Of a stretch of 62,101 nucleotides of DNA, positions 1 through 14,200 are shown one piece after another. Numbering within the stretch: the first letter of the stretch is position 1; every line of letters starts with the position of its first letter. The stretch is from Gnetum montanum (taxonomy: Eukaryota; Plantae; Gnetophyta), in NCBI GenBank assembly GCA_015680685.1, contig MNCI01001191.1:45666-107766 (forward strand), in the 5' to 3' direction. The position numbers and the translations under genes were made by a program. The notes under the pieces are model-generated. The model had not been told where the DNA came from. It saw only the letters and a list, made by a program, of their open reading frames with translations, and did not search any database.

Positions 1-2776
1 TTTAAAGAATTTAAAGTGGCAGTGGAAAATCAAAGCGGCCGACACATCAAGCAAATCCGAACAGATCGTGGTGGTGAATTTTTGTCTCGGGATTTTGGGG
101 AATTCTACAAGAAGAATGGCATTATTCATCAAACGACCACGTCCTACACACCCCAACAAAATGGCATTGCCGAACGGAAAAATAGGACAATGGTTGAAAT
201 GGCCAGATGTTTGCTACAACTGTCTTCTTTGGCAGATACCTTTTGGGCAGAAGCTTGTGCCACCGCCATTTATCTGTTAAATAGGGTGCCTTCCCGATCC
301 CTTCAACACAAAACACCCTATGCATTCTGGCATGGTCGTACCCCCAACCTTTCCCATTTAAAAATATTTGGTTCACCCTGTTACGTACACATTCCTGCCC
401 CCACCCGCCAGAAATTCCACGACAAAGCTAAGCCTTGTATTTTCGTTGGCTACTCTCCCACCTCCAAAGCCTACCGATGCTATGACCCCAGCCAGCTCAC
501 GATCCTTGATTCCCGTGACGTTCATTTTCAGGAACCAGCTTGCTTTGACTTTACTCGTTCTTTTCCAGGCTGCCAAAATTTCTGTGCAGGCCCTCGCGCC
601 GATCCGTTTTTTTCGCGCTGCCGACCTGTTTCCAGCGCTTCCGCCACCCCTTCCGCGTCGCACGGTTGGCAGCCATATCCCGTCGCTGCCACCCATGGCC
701 CTGCCTCCCTGCCTTCTGTTTCCGTTGGCTCTGCTGTTCCTCCCGCGCTGGCGCCTCTCCTTCCTCCCGGCCATCCACGCGGTGCAGCGATTCCTGGTGC
801 GGGCAGCACCACCAGCCCGGCACATCGCGCCCCTGCATCGGCGACTGCAGGTACCCACGCAGCGGCTGCGGTCGATCTTCTCCTTCCCGGCGGCGCTGTT
901 CCTTCTGCCGCGATGGCCCCCCTGCTCCGGTCTGCTGCTGCTCCGCCATCCCCGTTGCGCTCCGCTGCTGCGCCGTCTCCGGTTTCCTCCCCTACGCCGA
1001 CTCCCTCACCTCCTCGGCCTTCATCCTCCCGGGCAGCTCTCAATCACCCCGCCACCCAAATGCTGGATTTGAACTTTCAGCACCGTTTTACCCGCAGTCA
1101 TTCCCACCAGCAGCCTGACCAGCTGCCACCTGATGCTTCCACCGCTGCTCTCTTCTCCAACGCGGGCAATTTTACGCGCTGCTTACGCCGCTGGGGGGAG
1201 TTTGGATGGTTTGGTAGAACCCTCCACCGTCGTCGAAGCTGCGCTGGATGCTCGTTGGACAGCAGCCATGGAACGCGAACTTCAGCAAATCCAAAAAAAT
1301 AACACCTGGAGTCTTGTTCCTCGCCCGTCTGGTAAGCCTGTCATCGGCTTAAAATGGATCTTCAAACTCAAGAGGACTCAACACGGTGAGCTAGACAAAT
1401 TCAAAGCTCGCCTTGTTGCCAAAGGTTATCTCCAACAACAAGGCAGAGACTTTGACGACAGCTTTGCTCCTGTCTCACGCATGGAATCCGTGAAAATCTT
1501 CCTAGCGATTGCTGCTCACGCTGGCCATGTGGTATATCAACTGGATGTCGCATCTGCATTCCTCCATGGCGTTCTGAATGAAGAAGTTTATGTGGAGCAA
1601 CCTTCAGGTTTTGTTGATGAAAGTAAACCAGATCATGTGTACAGACTTCACAAAGCCTTGTACGGACTCAAGCAAGCACCTCGTGCATGGTACGCACGAA
1701 TTCATGCCTTTTTCATCCAAGAAGGGTTCATTTCTCTCCAGTCCCAAAATACAATTTACAAAAAGGTACTCGGCGATGATTTTATTTTTGTTTGCCTCTA
1801 TGTAGATGACTTAATCTATTTTTCATCTACGATTGCATTAGGAAATATTTTCCTAAATGCTATGCAAAACGAGTTTGAAATGTCTGATTTAGGGAAAATG
1901 TCATATTTTCTGGGTTTTCAAGTCATCCAGAGATCCAAATCCATCTCCATATGCCAAATGAAATTTGCCCGATCCTTGCTTGAGAAATTTGGCATGCTCA
2001 ACTGTAATCCCACTGACACACCACTACCCCTTGGCATCAAACTCATCAAGAATGACAAATCTCCATCAGTCAATCCATCTCAATACAGGTCCCTCGTTGG
2101 TGGCTTATTGTATCTTTCCAATACCCGACCAGATATTCAATTTGCTGTGAATTACCTCTCCTGGTTCATGCAAGATCCACATGAATCACATTGGAAGGCT
2201 GCCAAAAGAGTTCTACGTTATCTGAGAACTACCACAGATTTTGGGATCACATTTCATCGGCATACAAATTTCAAAGTATGGGGATACACTGATGCAGACT
2301 GGGGAGGCGACCTTGACAATTGAAAGTCAACTTCTGGCTTTTGCCTCTTCTTTGGTCCATCGCTCATCTCTTGGGGATCCAAGAAGCAGTCTTCTGTCGC
2401 TCTCTCAACCGCAGAAGCAGAATACATTGCTGCCTCCCATGCCGCTTCTCAGGCTATGTGGATCCATTCTGTCTTCACCGAATTGGGACTCACGTTGGTT
2501 CCTCCCATTCGCTTCTACTGTGACAGCACCAGTGCTATTGCAATGGCACACAATCCGGTTCAGCATGGACGTACCAAACACATTGACATCAAGCATCACC
2601 ATCTACGCAGTCTGATCCAAGAGAATACCCTCAGCCTGGTACATTGTACAACTGAAGAGCAACTAGCGGTCATTTTTACCAAGACTATGAGCCGTGAAAA
2701 GTTTGCATCTTTCAGATCCCTCCTTGGCGTGGAACCACTTACCATCATGGGGGGGTTTGTGGAAAATGATGAGTAG
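1..2776 (+). pseudogene. copia pol polyprotein, disrupted
   Basis: The frame changes between ORF 16..1302 and ORF 1133..2323. An in-frame TGA at 2321-2323 falls in DN*KSTSG, where R (CGA) is expected. Confidence 0.9.
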
Positions 2777-3239
2777 ACATTACACAAATTTAGGAGATTG
2801 ATCTCATCCGTTTATCCCTTCCTAATAAGATGAGATCAGAGTTGTCCATGCTTATCCATATCCATCCATATCCAAGCTTATCCATATCCATCCTTATCCA
2901 AGCTTATCCATATTCATGTTTATCCATTCCTATGATTGTCACATTCTAGAATGTTGTTGGAAGAATCCAACTTTATATATTTGTAGCAGCACATTTTCAG
3001 AATTACATAGATTGAAGATTAGCAGATTAAGAGAGTTTATTTTTTTTGTTCCTTACTTTCTGCTCAGCATAGGTAGAAGATCCAGGGCCCTTTAGTTTAC
3101 AGTTTTCAAGGAGTCTGCAAAGAAGGAAGTTGCCTTTAAGGAATTTCAACAAGCAGCTGCGTTTGTGGACACTAAACATCATCGAGAAGTGTTGCAGAAT
3201 ATTCACAATCAGCAATGCCCTAATTGTGAATGTTCTACA
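2758..3239 (+). repeat. copia 3' LTR
   Basis: Starts TGTGGAA just after the PPT and ends TTCTACA (imperfect terminal inverted repeat). Contains internal CTTATCCATATCC-type tandem repeats at about 2850-2930. The partner LTR is outside the window. Confidence 0.75.
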
Positions 3240-3289
3240 TTGGTACTACAGGTAACCCTGTCCATATCTTTGTGATGATGCTTTTTATT

Positions 3290-3516
3290 TCGTGGGGCCA
3301 CATGTGGGGCCCAATTTTTGACCTAGTGTACATGTACATGGTGGCGTCCTTCTTTGTGTTTCTGTTTTGCTGTAGTTTGTAGTCTGTCTTATTTGTTCAA
3401 CCTAGTAGAGGGGAGAAGTCCCCCTTTCAATAGGGGAGACACCTCCCCAAATATCTTTTGTATGTACAGTCTTCCTATTTTCTTTTAATCTAATCCTGAA
3501 CATTCTCTCAAAAAAT
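3290..3516 (+). mobile_element. 5'-truncated LINE 3' end
   Basis: Ends TAATCCTGAACATTCTCTCAAAAAA, similar to the terminal motif of the LINE ends at 26221-26253 and (minus) 14582-14620. The left boundary is approximate. Confidence 0.5.
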
Positions 3517-5069
3517 ATTTAAAATATAAAAAAAGAAATAAAATAATAAATAAATGAAATTATTTCATTCCTTCTCTCACTTCATTTTTCATACTTTTTC
3601 TCCTCTTATGCTAAGTTTCCTTGATTTTTTACATTCACTTTGTTTTTTCCCTTTTATCTCATTTTTTACTGATTTCTCCCCTTTTTGTTGTTTTCTCTTG
3701 TTTTTATTTTTATTTTTTTATCATTTCTCTTTATTCTTTCAATCGTTGCTCGTCCAAGTAACCAGAATTTTGTTGTTTATCACTAACAACCAACATTTAA
3801 GGCTAAATCTTGCAGTATATTTCATCACTATGCCCTTGTTGCTAGTGGTAATACTTATCTTACTTGTGTGAGTCAAGTGTCTCATACCTCAACAGACACC
3901 TCAACAGTGGGGGAGAGGTGCAAAACCAAGTATAATTTTTTAAAACTTTCCTCACCTCTTGCATACCTAAATGTGCTAGCATCTTGGCTATGATACTGTT
4001 TCACCTATTGTCCTTGGGTTTTATGTTTGCTATCATTCTTGCTACCATTTTTTGCAATGAAGGTGTAGAATCTCAAAGAACTTACATGATTTTTTAGCAT
4101 TTTTCACAATAAATTAGGTTCCAACAATTATGTTCCATGCCCTGAAGGCCACTAACCACATAAACTTGAATCACCTCATGTCTTGGTGGTAGGGTTGAGA
4201 GAAAGACAAAGACAATTCAAACCACTAGTTAAACTAAATCCAGCTAAACCTCCTTAGCCAAGAAGATCCACAGGTCACTGATCTAGCTTGTTCCCAAATA
4301 CCAAGTCAAGGATGTGCACAACCACCACCATAGGAAGCAAAGTTGACTGATCTACATGAAAATCCTATTGATACAAAAGATGTCCAAGAGAAAGTTGAAA
4401 CTCATGCAACTTGAGCTCACCAAAGCAAGTTAGTCCCATGATCAATACAAACTAGAGAGCAAGTAACTAAGTTGGGCACTACAACAGAAGGATTGACGCA
4501 ATATCAATTCTAATAGGCAATGTTGAGTTATGGAAAATTTCCATAAAAAGAAATTTTTAAAATTAGTGTGGAATAATAGATCCAAAGAATCTCAGTGAGT
4601 GTAATTAAATACATTAATATATGTACAGTTGTAGTTTTCAACCCAGTCAAAGACTACATTTTCTTATAAAAGAAGCAGGTGTAGATATATTGAGATTGTT
4701 TAAACCCTTAATAAGAAGCCAACCACAAATAGAATTACACTAGGCATGAAATATGTAGGAGCTGGAGATCACAGATGGAGAAAGGGCTGGCAAAAGGGGT
4801 TAAGGGGCAGAGCAATTTTTAAAGACAATTCCTATTCTGCTGCCTTTATGGGAATACAAATTTTTACAAGTGACATTTGATTTTGTATTGAGTTGTGTCT
4901 GCATGTGCATCTACAAGGACTGCATGAACTATAGATATTAAAATGTGCAAAAGAATTATGTTTTGAACATTTTCACCGTTCAAATAAAAATTTGCAATAG
5001 AAATAAACCATCAATAATTACTATCCACGAGCTGCATGCAAAGGAAATAAGAAGGTTGCACGAGATTAC

Positions 5070-5200
5070 CTAGACCCAAAATGGATGAGCATATCAGAAA
5101 GCCTAAAAGTGAAAATTCCATCTTGTAAAATTGCTCAAGTACAATGATACAACACGCAGTCACAGCAAGATGTCTAGGTGATGAAACCACCAAATGCAGT
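5070..5200 (-). CDS. host gene exon (RLHLVVSSPRHL...SSILGLG)
   Basis: CAG acceptor at 5203-5201 and GTAATC donor at 5069. Phase matches the exon at 26654-26542. Confidence 0.9.
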
Positions 5201-8200
5201 CTGTGCATTGAACATGCATATCAGTAAGATATTCTATGTATTGGGGCTCAAAACTCTTACATAAATAACATATAATACATATAAAAGGCCAAAAAAAAAG
5301 TTATAGAAGCATATTGCTAATTGATCTGAAATATAACTGAAAACCATAATCAAACATACAGAATGTTGGCACACCCCCAAAGATATAGGATCTAATGCAC
5401 TTTCGTTGTCTCTATTTCATGCGTCATTAATGTTCGAAATGGGTAAAAAACAATAATAAAACATAAACAATCTAAATGATGTAAGTCCCCAGTTTAAGAA
5501 TATGATTGAATGGACTCACACCTTTCAACAAGCCAATAATGTAGCAACTTAACAAGACATCTATAGCCAAGGCAAGAGACACTGTTGCTTCACTCAAAAT
5601 CAATATGTGCTGAGCTGTGTCTACATAAAAGGAGCGATGTAATAGTAGTTAATTGCCCATACATAACAGATGCCAGGTGCTATGATATTATTGATTGAAG
5701 ACATAGAATTGCATTTAAGTACCAGAACCTTTGAATCCTGTTTTAATTAGTGGTTCATCATATATGGTCACTTTTACAGATGACTGTTAACTTAAGGTAT
5801 AGGTCCACACAATGAAATCCAAAAACAATGCTTATGGGTTCTTTAAACGTTAAAGCACTTATAGATATGATGGAAACGCAAACAGGCTTGAAAATGATGC
5901 ACGGAGCAATATGAGTGTGGGCAAAGCACACGGAGCGAGCAGAGTGAGCAAGGCAAATAGAGTGCATGGAGTGAGCGAAGTGAGTAAGGCAAACGGAGCG
6001 CATGAGGCACACAAAGCCACTGGAACAAACAGAGCAAACAAGGCAAACGGAGTGTACAGATACAGTGCACGTGGATGGGGTGGTAACGACACGCACGGAA
6101 ATGGTGAGCTAACCAGCCCGTGGGTGACAAGCCTTGGGGAGTTTGTTGAGGGGGCTTGTATTGGGGGGGACTCTAAGACGGCAAATGGGGCTATTGAGGA
6201 ACGCTCTCATTCGAATGGCATCATGCACCTCCAAGTTAGTGGGCCACCGACAAAGGGAGTGAGGACGATGCAACGTAGTTTAATAGGGATGGTTCATGTC
6301 TTCTAGCACCCGCACCCAAATGGACCTTATCTTGCAGTGGACAAAGGAGGTTTGGGGAGCAAGGGTACTGGATGTGAGGAGCTTGTCAAAGGACCTACTC
6401 CTATTTATCTTCCAGATGATTGAACACCATGACATGGTCCTACAGGGGGGGAGGGGAGGCACCCCATGGTTTTACAGCACTAGAGGACTTGCTCTAACCC
6501 TTGGCGGCTGAGGGCACATCGCAAACCGGATTTGTTCGCTCGTGCCCTGGTATGGGTGCATGTTTATGAGATTCTGTGCAAAATGTGGAACCTGGATTTC
6601 CTAAAACGTATTGCAGGATTTTTCAACGATTTCATTACCTTCGATAAGGTCACACAAACAATAGAGTGGATGGGCTTTGCCCGTTTCTATGTGTGGAGGA
6701 CCTTATCCCCGAAAGATCTAACCAATGAGGTGGTCCTCGAACTCCCAGGCGTGCAGGAACGGCTCCACACAGAGTTTGAAGATTTAGAGGTTGAGCAACC
6801 AATGGAGAAAGTGTTGCCCCCCCCCCCCCCCCCCCCCCGGGGGCAGGGGGTTGCTCCCTATGCAGAAAGAATGGGCACCGTGAGCCTAACTGTAGGGCTC
6901 AGGATGGGGGAGCAAGGCTGATGTGGGCCAAGACCCATAAGCCGAGAGATGGTGGGGGTTGGATGACTATTAGATGCAAGGGATGGTTGGTGGGGCCACC
7001 CCCACCACCACACCCCCTTCCCCCCCTCCCTCCCTCCCTCCCTTTGGCGATTGGGTTAATGTGGTCTAGGGGAGCACAAGATCTCACAAGCCCGAGGAGG
7101 CTTGCCCACAGTCCGAGGATTTGGGATGCAGCCCAATATCACTAGGGAGAGGGGTGGGGGGGTCGCGTTGGCCACCCATCTAAAAATTCAGTATGGGAGA
7201 AGCAAATGAAACGAAACATTGACTTGGGATTGCAACAGACCCTACAGGAGCTCTACCAGTGCCACTCGACCAGTCATACATAAAGCTACTATCATGGAAT
7301 TGTAGGGGACAAGGTACACCCTATAAAAGAAATACCCTACGACAGATTGTTCATGCTGAAGACTATGACATTGTATGCCTTTAGGAGACCAAACTACAGG
7401 AAACAAAGGCTTGCCATCTCCATTAGGATGGTTGGAAGGTGCACCTGCGATCCTGTGTGGGGCGGCAAGGGGCCTGGCTATCCTGACGCATTTTGACATA
7501 ATCTTAGTTGACTTGTCGCAATGAGCCCTAACTGTTCACATTCCCTCCCAGGGTTTGTGGCTAACTAACTTCTACGAGGCCCAAGCTTGGGAGCAAAGAC
7601 TATGTGAGTTGGAACAAGTGGCGGCACTGGTGTAGGATCGCTTTGCTTGGCTTGTTGTTGGGGATTTCAACCAATGGCTCCACTCTTGGGAAAAGTCTGG
7701 TGTTGGATGCTCCCCTTCCCCGGGAGCCCAAGAGTTCTAAGACGTTTTGATGTCTCGCTCGCTGGTTGACCTGCCAATTGAAAATTGTCAATTCACCTGG
7801 AGCAATAGGCGAAAAGGGGCTGACCACATCCTCTCTCGAATTGATCGAGTTTGCATCAATTCGAACCTCCTTCTGAGGCTAGATGTGTGGGTTACAAGGC
7901 AGGAGAGGGTTGCCTCAAACCATCGGTCACTCATCTATTGCTTTGGACCCCCGAGAAACCAGCCCCNCCCTCGTCATTTATGTTTAAAGCAACTTGGTTG
8001 CTTAAGCCTTGGTTGCATCCTTTAGTTGAAGACATCTAGGTGGACTACAAGCCAGGCCAAAGAGATCCTAGGAGTTTTCTCCGAGAGGGGCTCCTTCGTT
8101 TGAAGTGGGCTATCCAATCTTAAACTATAGAGGAAAAATTTTCATTCCAAACGAGCTATATTGCCCTTCAGACCAAACTGGCCCAAGCGCAATCCCAACA

Positions 8201-11200
8201 AGAAGCTGGAGAGGACCTGCATGACGAGGAGCAAAACCTTCTAATGAAATTGCAGGCACTTGACTTGGAAGAGAAAATCTATTGGAAACAAAGATCGTGG
8301 GTCAGATGGCTCAGGGAGGGCGACAGACATAAAATTCTTCTTTGCTACAACCAAAACATGTGGGTGGAGCCAAAGACACGTGTTGGAGACTAACACAAGA
8401 GAGATGGTTGATGATCCAAAGGACGTGGCCAAAGAATTGCCACGATATTGGGGGACGATCTGGGCAAAACGGCCCACAACGCCTATGTCTGTATGGGTTC
8501 CACGAGTGCTGGGCAAAGAGGATAACACTAGATTGCTAACCCCATTTTCCTAGCAAGAGCTAACAGCAACAATTTGGGCCATGCTTGGAGGGAAGGTGCC
8601 TAGGCCAGATGGTTGAAGTCTCGAATTCTTCAAAGCTTTCCTTGATATTGTGGGACCCAACATCCTGGATGCCTTCAATCTAATGCTGGCCAAGAAGCAG
8701 GTCCACCGTGAGCTCAAGGGCTCCCGAATCATGTGCATTCCCAAAGGCGTTGATGCTTCCTCTCTGGAACATTTTCGACCCATTGGGGTCTCCAACATGC
8801 TAATCCGTATTTTTCTCTAAGATGCTTGTGCAAAGGTCGACTCCCCTCATGTCCAGACTAGTCGGGGATAACTAGACGGAATTTGTTCAAGGACAAACCC
8901 TACAAGACCAAGTACTCCTCATGTAGGAGATCCTCCACTCACTTTGTCTATTGAAGTTCCCTGGGCTGTGCCTCAAACTAGACATCACCAAGGCATATGA
9001 TACAATCAGCTAAGAGGCACTTGCCGCCATTATGCGGCAAAAAGGCTTTGACCCGAATTTTATCCAGCTCTACATTCACCTACAATCTTTGGCTGGTTTC
9101 TCTTTGATGAGATGCAATATTGCATGCACCGCGATATCGCGGTCCATCGCCAAATCTATAAATAAGAGGCGGCACTCCCCTCATTTCCCATCCTGGTCTA
9201 GAAGTAGGGAAACTCTAGCAGTTTGATCACTCCAGAGATAGATTATTTTCCATGTGCCCACAGTAGGAGTCCTAGAGTGAACGGATCTTTATTCGAGCAA
9301 CATTGTACCTGAACACAAGTTGTGTACGGCAATAAAGACGAACTTGATTGGATAAACCTTGCAGTGCATGGAATAGGATTTTATTTAATTGTTATTTATT
9401 GTTTTCCTAGAATGTAGTATGAGTACGACTTGATTACGAGCATCTAAGGATGTGTATGGTTAGTCAAGGAATCGGCTACTTATTGCATGCGGTATGAGTA
9501 CGAATTGATTACGAGCATCTCATGTGACTACTTGGTAACCCAGTGGCATATCCAGGATCTACGCTTGGTAATCCTAGTGGTAGTCGTGCACAGCAAATGT
9601 GTACGGTTAGTCAAGGAATCGGCTGCTCATTGCACTTAGGCTAGAGAAATTCTCTCAACCCTTTCCTCCTAGTTAGGTGCCTCAGTATGACCACTTCGAG
9701 CACATGCGTTACATGTGGTGATCCCAGTAACAATTAGCGTTTGGTAGCCACAGTTGCATAGTTCAGGGTGTGTACGGTAAGTGGGAACGGATGCTGACGG
9801 TAGTTAATTTAGACTTAGGACATTAGTTAGAGTTAGTTAATTTTCTCACCCCTTCACCTCATAACATAGGAGATAAAACCAGAAAAGACCATAAAAATCA
9901 TATACCTCGGACTTACTTAACCATACACCGTGACAACAAGTAAGTCTAGGAAGACAACGAATGATTAACCCCAAGTGTTCCATGGGGCGCGTAGGCATTT
10001 AGTCTGCGGAGTTCAACCGGATCGTGCGTGCTACGCTCGTTTTGTATGGTTGAGTGTAGGGGTACCTCGCCACTCATCATCAGCGCCATTGTCGGGGACT
10101 AAGTGTTTGTGTGCCAAATAGAACATAAGGGATATCACTCACATCGTTGTGAACCTTAACGAACCTTCGGGTTAATCAACAGAAAAATTATATACAGTAA
10201 ATTTAGCACACCGATAAAAATGACTTCTTCTCATAAGAGCAACTCACCACCTAAGGATCATACACGAGACAGTCGGCAACATAAAAAACATAACCAAAAT
10301 CAGCCAGTACCTCAACAGTATAAAATGACATATACTCATCCCGATGAGTATATCCCCAACTTTACTTTTATTCTCCATCAAGACAAACAACTACGATGGA
10401 GAGATTTGCAAGGTAACATCGTGTTACCCCCAGATCGATCAGTCCCTAATATGCTCTTCCGTGCTCTGGCACAGATTGGCATGCAAGAACTATTTGCGGA
10501 ATACGTTATGGATGACTTTGACACAAGGGATTATCATCCCATAGATGCCAAACGTATTCGGGACTTAAGGCAGGAGAGTCAACATATTTTTCTGAAGGGC
10601 AAAGCCTTGCACATCCTTAGCGAAATAGGAGATGAGAATCCCCTTATCACGGGTTCTCTAACAAATGATGTTCCCCCTCCTAACGATGATGAGAAGGAAG
10701 GGTATCAAAACCTACGATCAATGATACATATCCCTGGTTCTGATACCCGTGAACACCAGCTATTCACAGAGGGAACAACCACTCATGTTAAGGACGAGCA
10801 CTTAGATCGTCACCACGATCGGGGCCGTAGCAGCCGAAGAGAAAGCAAGAAACATCGGCATGGCAATGGTTCCCCTTCTTCTTCCCCTTCTTCACATCAC
10901 TCACCCTCTCCTTCCACATCTGGGCGCAGCCATCATGAACATAAAGGTGAGGATAAAGGTAAAAAGGACGAGAGACCTCAACAGGAAAATAGAGAGAGAG
11001 GACAAGGGCAAGGACGTAGGGAGAGTAGGGAACAACGCAGACATCACAGGCGTCATGAAAGAGATGATCATGACAAGCCCCTACTCGCAACCCGAAGTAT
11101 GCTTGACATAATAGAGGCAGTTAAGATTCTCACAAGGCATTTAAAGGATAGTCAGATCAAACGATTAGACATAAACAATATCCCATGATTTGAAGGGGGA

Positions 11201-14200
11201 TATAATGCTGATCCACAAAATCATTTACTGGCATTCCACAATGCCTGTGTGTTGCAGAATATAGAAAATGAGTGGCAAAAACTTAAGTTGTTCCCAAGGA
11301 CACTCACTAAATAAGTAGAAAGCTAGTACCGGTCCTTAGAATCGGAAACCATCAAGAGGTGGAGTACGATGCTAGAACTGTTTAACGAAAAATATCAAAC
11401 GTACTCCAGAGTGTCCAATTTGCGTAAGCAGATCCAAGGCTGAAAGTAAGGTCATCACGAACCCTTGGATGCTGTCATGGCCCGCTATTACACATTGTTA
11501 CATCGTTGCCCGGGCCATGGGTATGCTCAGCGGGATCAACTTCGCCACATCGTGGATGGGCTAAGGCATGAAACTAGAAGAACCCTTGGGACTTATGCCC
11601 AAGGGCGATTATCAAAACTTAGAGCCCATGAAGTACAAAGCTTGTTAGAACAAGTAGCAAACGAAGAAGGTGAGCTACGAAAAAGGGAAAGTGCAGAAGA
11701 GTACAACCGTGATCCCTCCCTTCGAAAGAAGGGAGTGAAATTTTGTGATGAAGAGGATGAGTCACCACTCGAAGAGTTGGTGAACCGGAAAACCTTGCTG
11801 ATCCAAAAATTAACAACAGAAATAGCGGCTAAGGTAGACGACGTAGGAGTTCCTTAGACTCTAAAATTGAAACTGTCTTAAAAATTGTAGAAGAATCTAA
11901 GGTAGAACAAAGTAGTGACAAAGGTAAGAAAAAGTGGAGAGATGTAGGCCCTACACATAACAAGGGTAAGGGAAAAATCACTAACTCCGATGTGGCTATG
12001 GACTCTGACATAGACGATGACAGTGGATGTGAGATCTGCCACTGACCATCCTAAGGGATGTTGCCCCATTATCTCACATCTACAGGAGTCTAGGGTGTAT
12101 GCACTAAATCCAAGACTTAACCAACGGCAAACACCCCGAAGGTTACCTTATCCACAAGGTAACCCAAGGCAGTTCCACCAACCACTAAGCTATTATCCAA
12201 GTGGAACTCCACCACAGCCCATCGGACAGCATCAGCAATGGCAATACCCACAGTCATGGGGGATGCCATCGTCGAAACATCAGTACCCTTACTGGCAGCC
12301 TGACCTTTATGGATATTATGTGCAGCAGCCAATTTCTCCAAGTGACTCTGTGAGTNNNNNNNNNNNNNNNNNNNNNNNNNNNNNNNNNNNNNNNNNNNNN
12401 NNNNNNNNNNNNNNNNNNNNNNNNNNNNNNNNNNNNNNNNNNNNNNNNNNNNNNNNNNNNNNNNNNNNNNNNNNNNNNNNNNNNNNNNNNNNNNNNNNNN
12501 NNNNNNNNNNNNNNNNNNNNNNNNNNNNNNNNNNNNNNNNNNNNNNNNNNNNNNNNNNNNNNNNNNNNNNNNNNNNNNNNNNNNNNNNNAGCTTAACACA
12601 TACGGTTATGTTAACGCATACTGTAACTAACTGGATCAAGGTAGGCTACCTTCCCAGGAAACTAACTGACCCTGGGAGTCCCTTAATCTATTTACAGATT
12701 GCTGGAAATGAACCACATAGGGCTCTTCTTGACTCAAGTTCCGGAGTCAACTTAATTTCACGAGAGATGCATCACGCCTGGAACCTACCACAACTTTAAA
12801 AAAGCAACATTCAACTAGAGCTGGCAGACCAGTCCATCACCATTCCCTTGGGATTGGTGGAGAACATCATCACCACTGTGTGTGGTTGGTCTTACCCAGC
12901 TAATTTTCTGGTGATTGAAGTGAACAACAATGAAGGGGACTTCCCAATTATAATGGGAAGGGCATGGCTAAGTACAATAGACGCATGCCTTAGGATTTGT
13001 GATTTTTCCTTGGAAATCTCTAAGATAAACATTTATGGAAAGATTGAGAAGAGGAAAGTTCCATGCATCTCATACAGTGATTCATCGGGTGTTGACATGG
13101 AGGAAATGCCTCTATGTAACAGGTGTGCCTAAGAAACTTTGAACCAAAGATGCCTGTATGTAGCAACCACACAAGTAGTAAACACCCCGTGGTTGACAGC
13201 TACTAGAGGGAGCAGAAAAATATGCATGGAACGAACTGAGGAAACCCATGCCAACAACAAAGGCATAGATACATTAGAATATGAGCGTTGCCAACTTCCA
13301 CCCCTTAATCTAAGATCATCATTTGGGAGAAGTTGGACACTTTTAAGAAACTTAAACAAGCGTTCATTATTTCGGATCTCTCCCTTTCCACTCAGTCATG
13401 GGGGAGATGGCCACCTATGCTGATCATATGGGGCCCTCAGTTCTTTTTCGATTTTTGTTTTACACGTTTTTGTTTTACAACGTTCTTATTTTACACATTT
13501 TTGTTTTACAAATTTCTTTAACTTTTCTAATTTTTGTTTTACAAAGTTATTTAACTTTTCTAAGTTTTTGTTTTACAACTTTCTTTAACTTTTCTAGTTT
13601 TTGTTTTAAATCATTGTTATACTTTTCCATTTTGTGTGTGTGTGTGATCCACCCTATAAGTTTGTCCCATAATAAGTGTTTGGAATGATGGTATGAACTG
13701 TTTTCATATTGATTGCTAATGTTTGGTTTTTACCTTTAAGTTACAATGTTGATACTAAGGTATGTTTCTTTTGATATGGCAGGCAATGAGACCACTTCAT
13801 TCATCTATCCGCCAAGTTCTATGATCTCTCTCGGCTTGGAAATGTACAATCCCTTTTTAATAAGAACTTTAACGAATCGGTGACTAGGTATTTCTCAAAC
13901 TAAGGAATGACTCAAGGATTGAAAAGGGTGTGATTTCAAGAGAACTTGATGCTTTTTGTGTTGGCCATTCTCTTGGGTGCTTGGATGTTTTCTTCTTGAG
14001 TTTTCTTATCGTTCCGATGTTACCCCAACTATCGGAAGCTGAGACAATAAAAATAAGAAGTCTTTGCATGGTGTGGTTCTCACGCATAAAAACAAAAAAA
14101 AAAAAAACAAACTAAGTGAGAATTCAAAGCACACCCCTTAGACGAATAAAATTTGGGCTACAAGCACTGGTTATGGAACCAAAAGTGTTCCCTCTAACTA

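Larger units (their letters stand above)
1..3239 (+). mobile_element. Ty1/copia LTR retrotransposon, 3' part (INT-RT-RNaseH + 3' LTR), in the last intron of the host gene
   Basis: Domains are in copia order: integrase (IRTDRGGEF, TPQQNGIAERKNRT), RT (KARLVAKGY, QLDVASAFLHG, LYGLKQAPRAW, YVDD), RNase H (TDADWGG, STAEAEY, CDSTSAI, TKHIDIK). A G-rich PPT at about 2748-2755 precedes the LTR. Confidence 0.97.

Noticed and set aside
368-1118. Multiple long overlapping ORFs on both strands
   Set aside because: A by-product of the GC-rich low-complexity copia INT-RT linker; no domain motifs.
3240-3252. TTGGTAC after the copia LTR as a PBS of a tandem element
   Set aside because: Only TGGTA matches the tRNA-iMet PBS and no gag follows.
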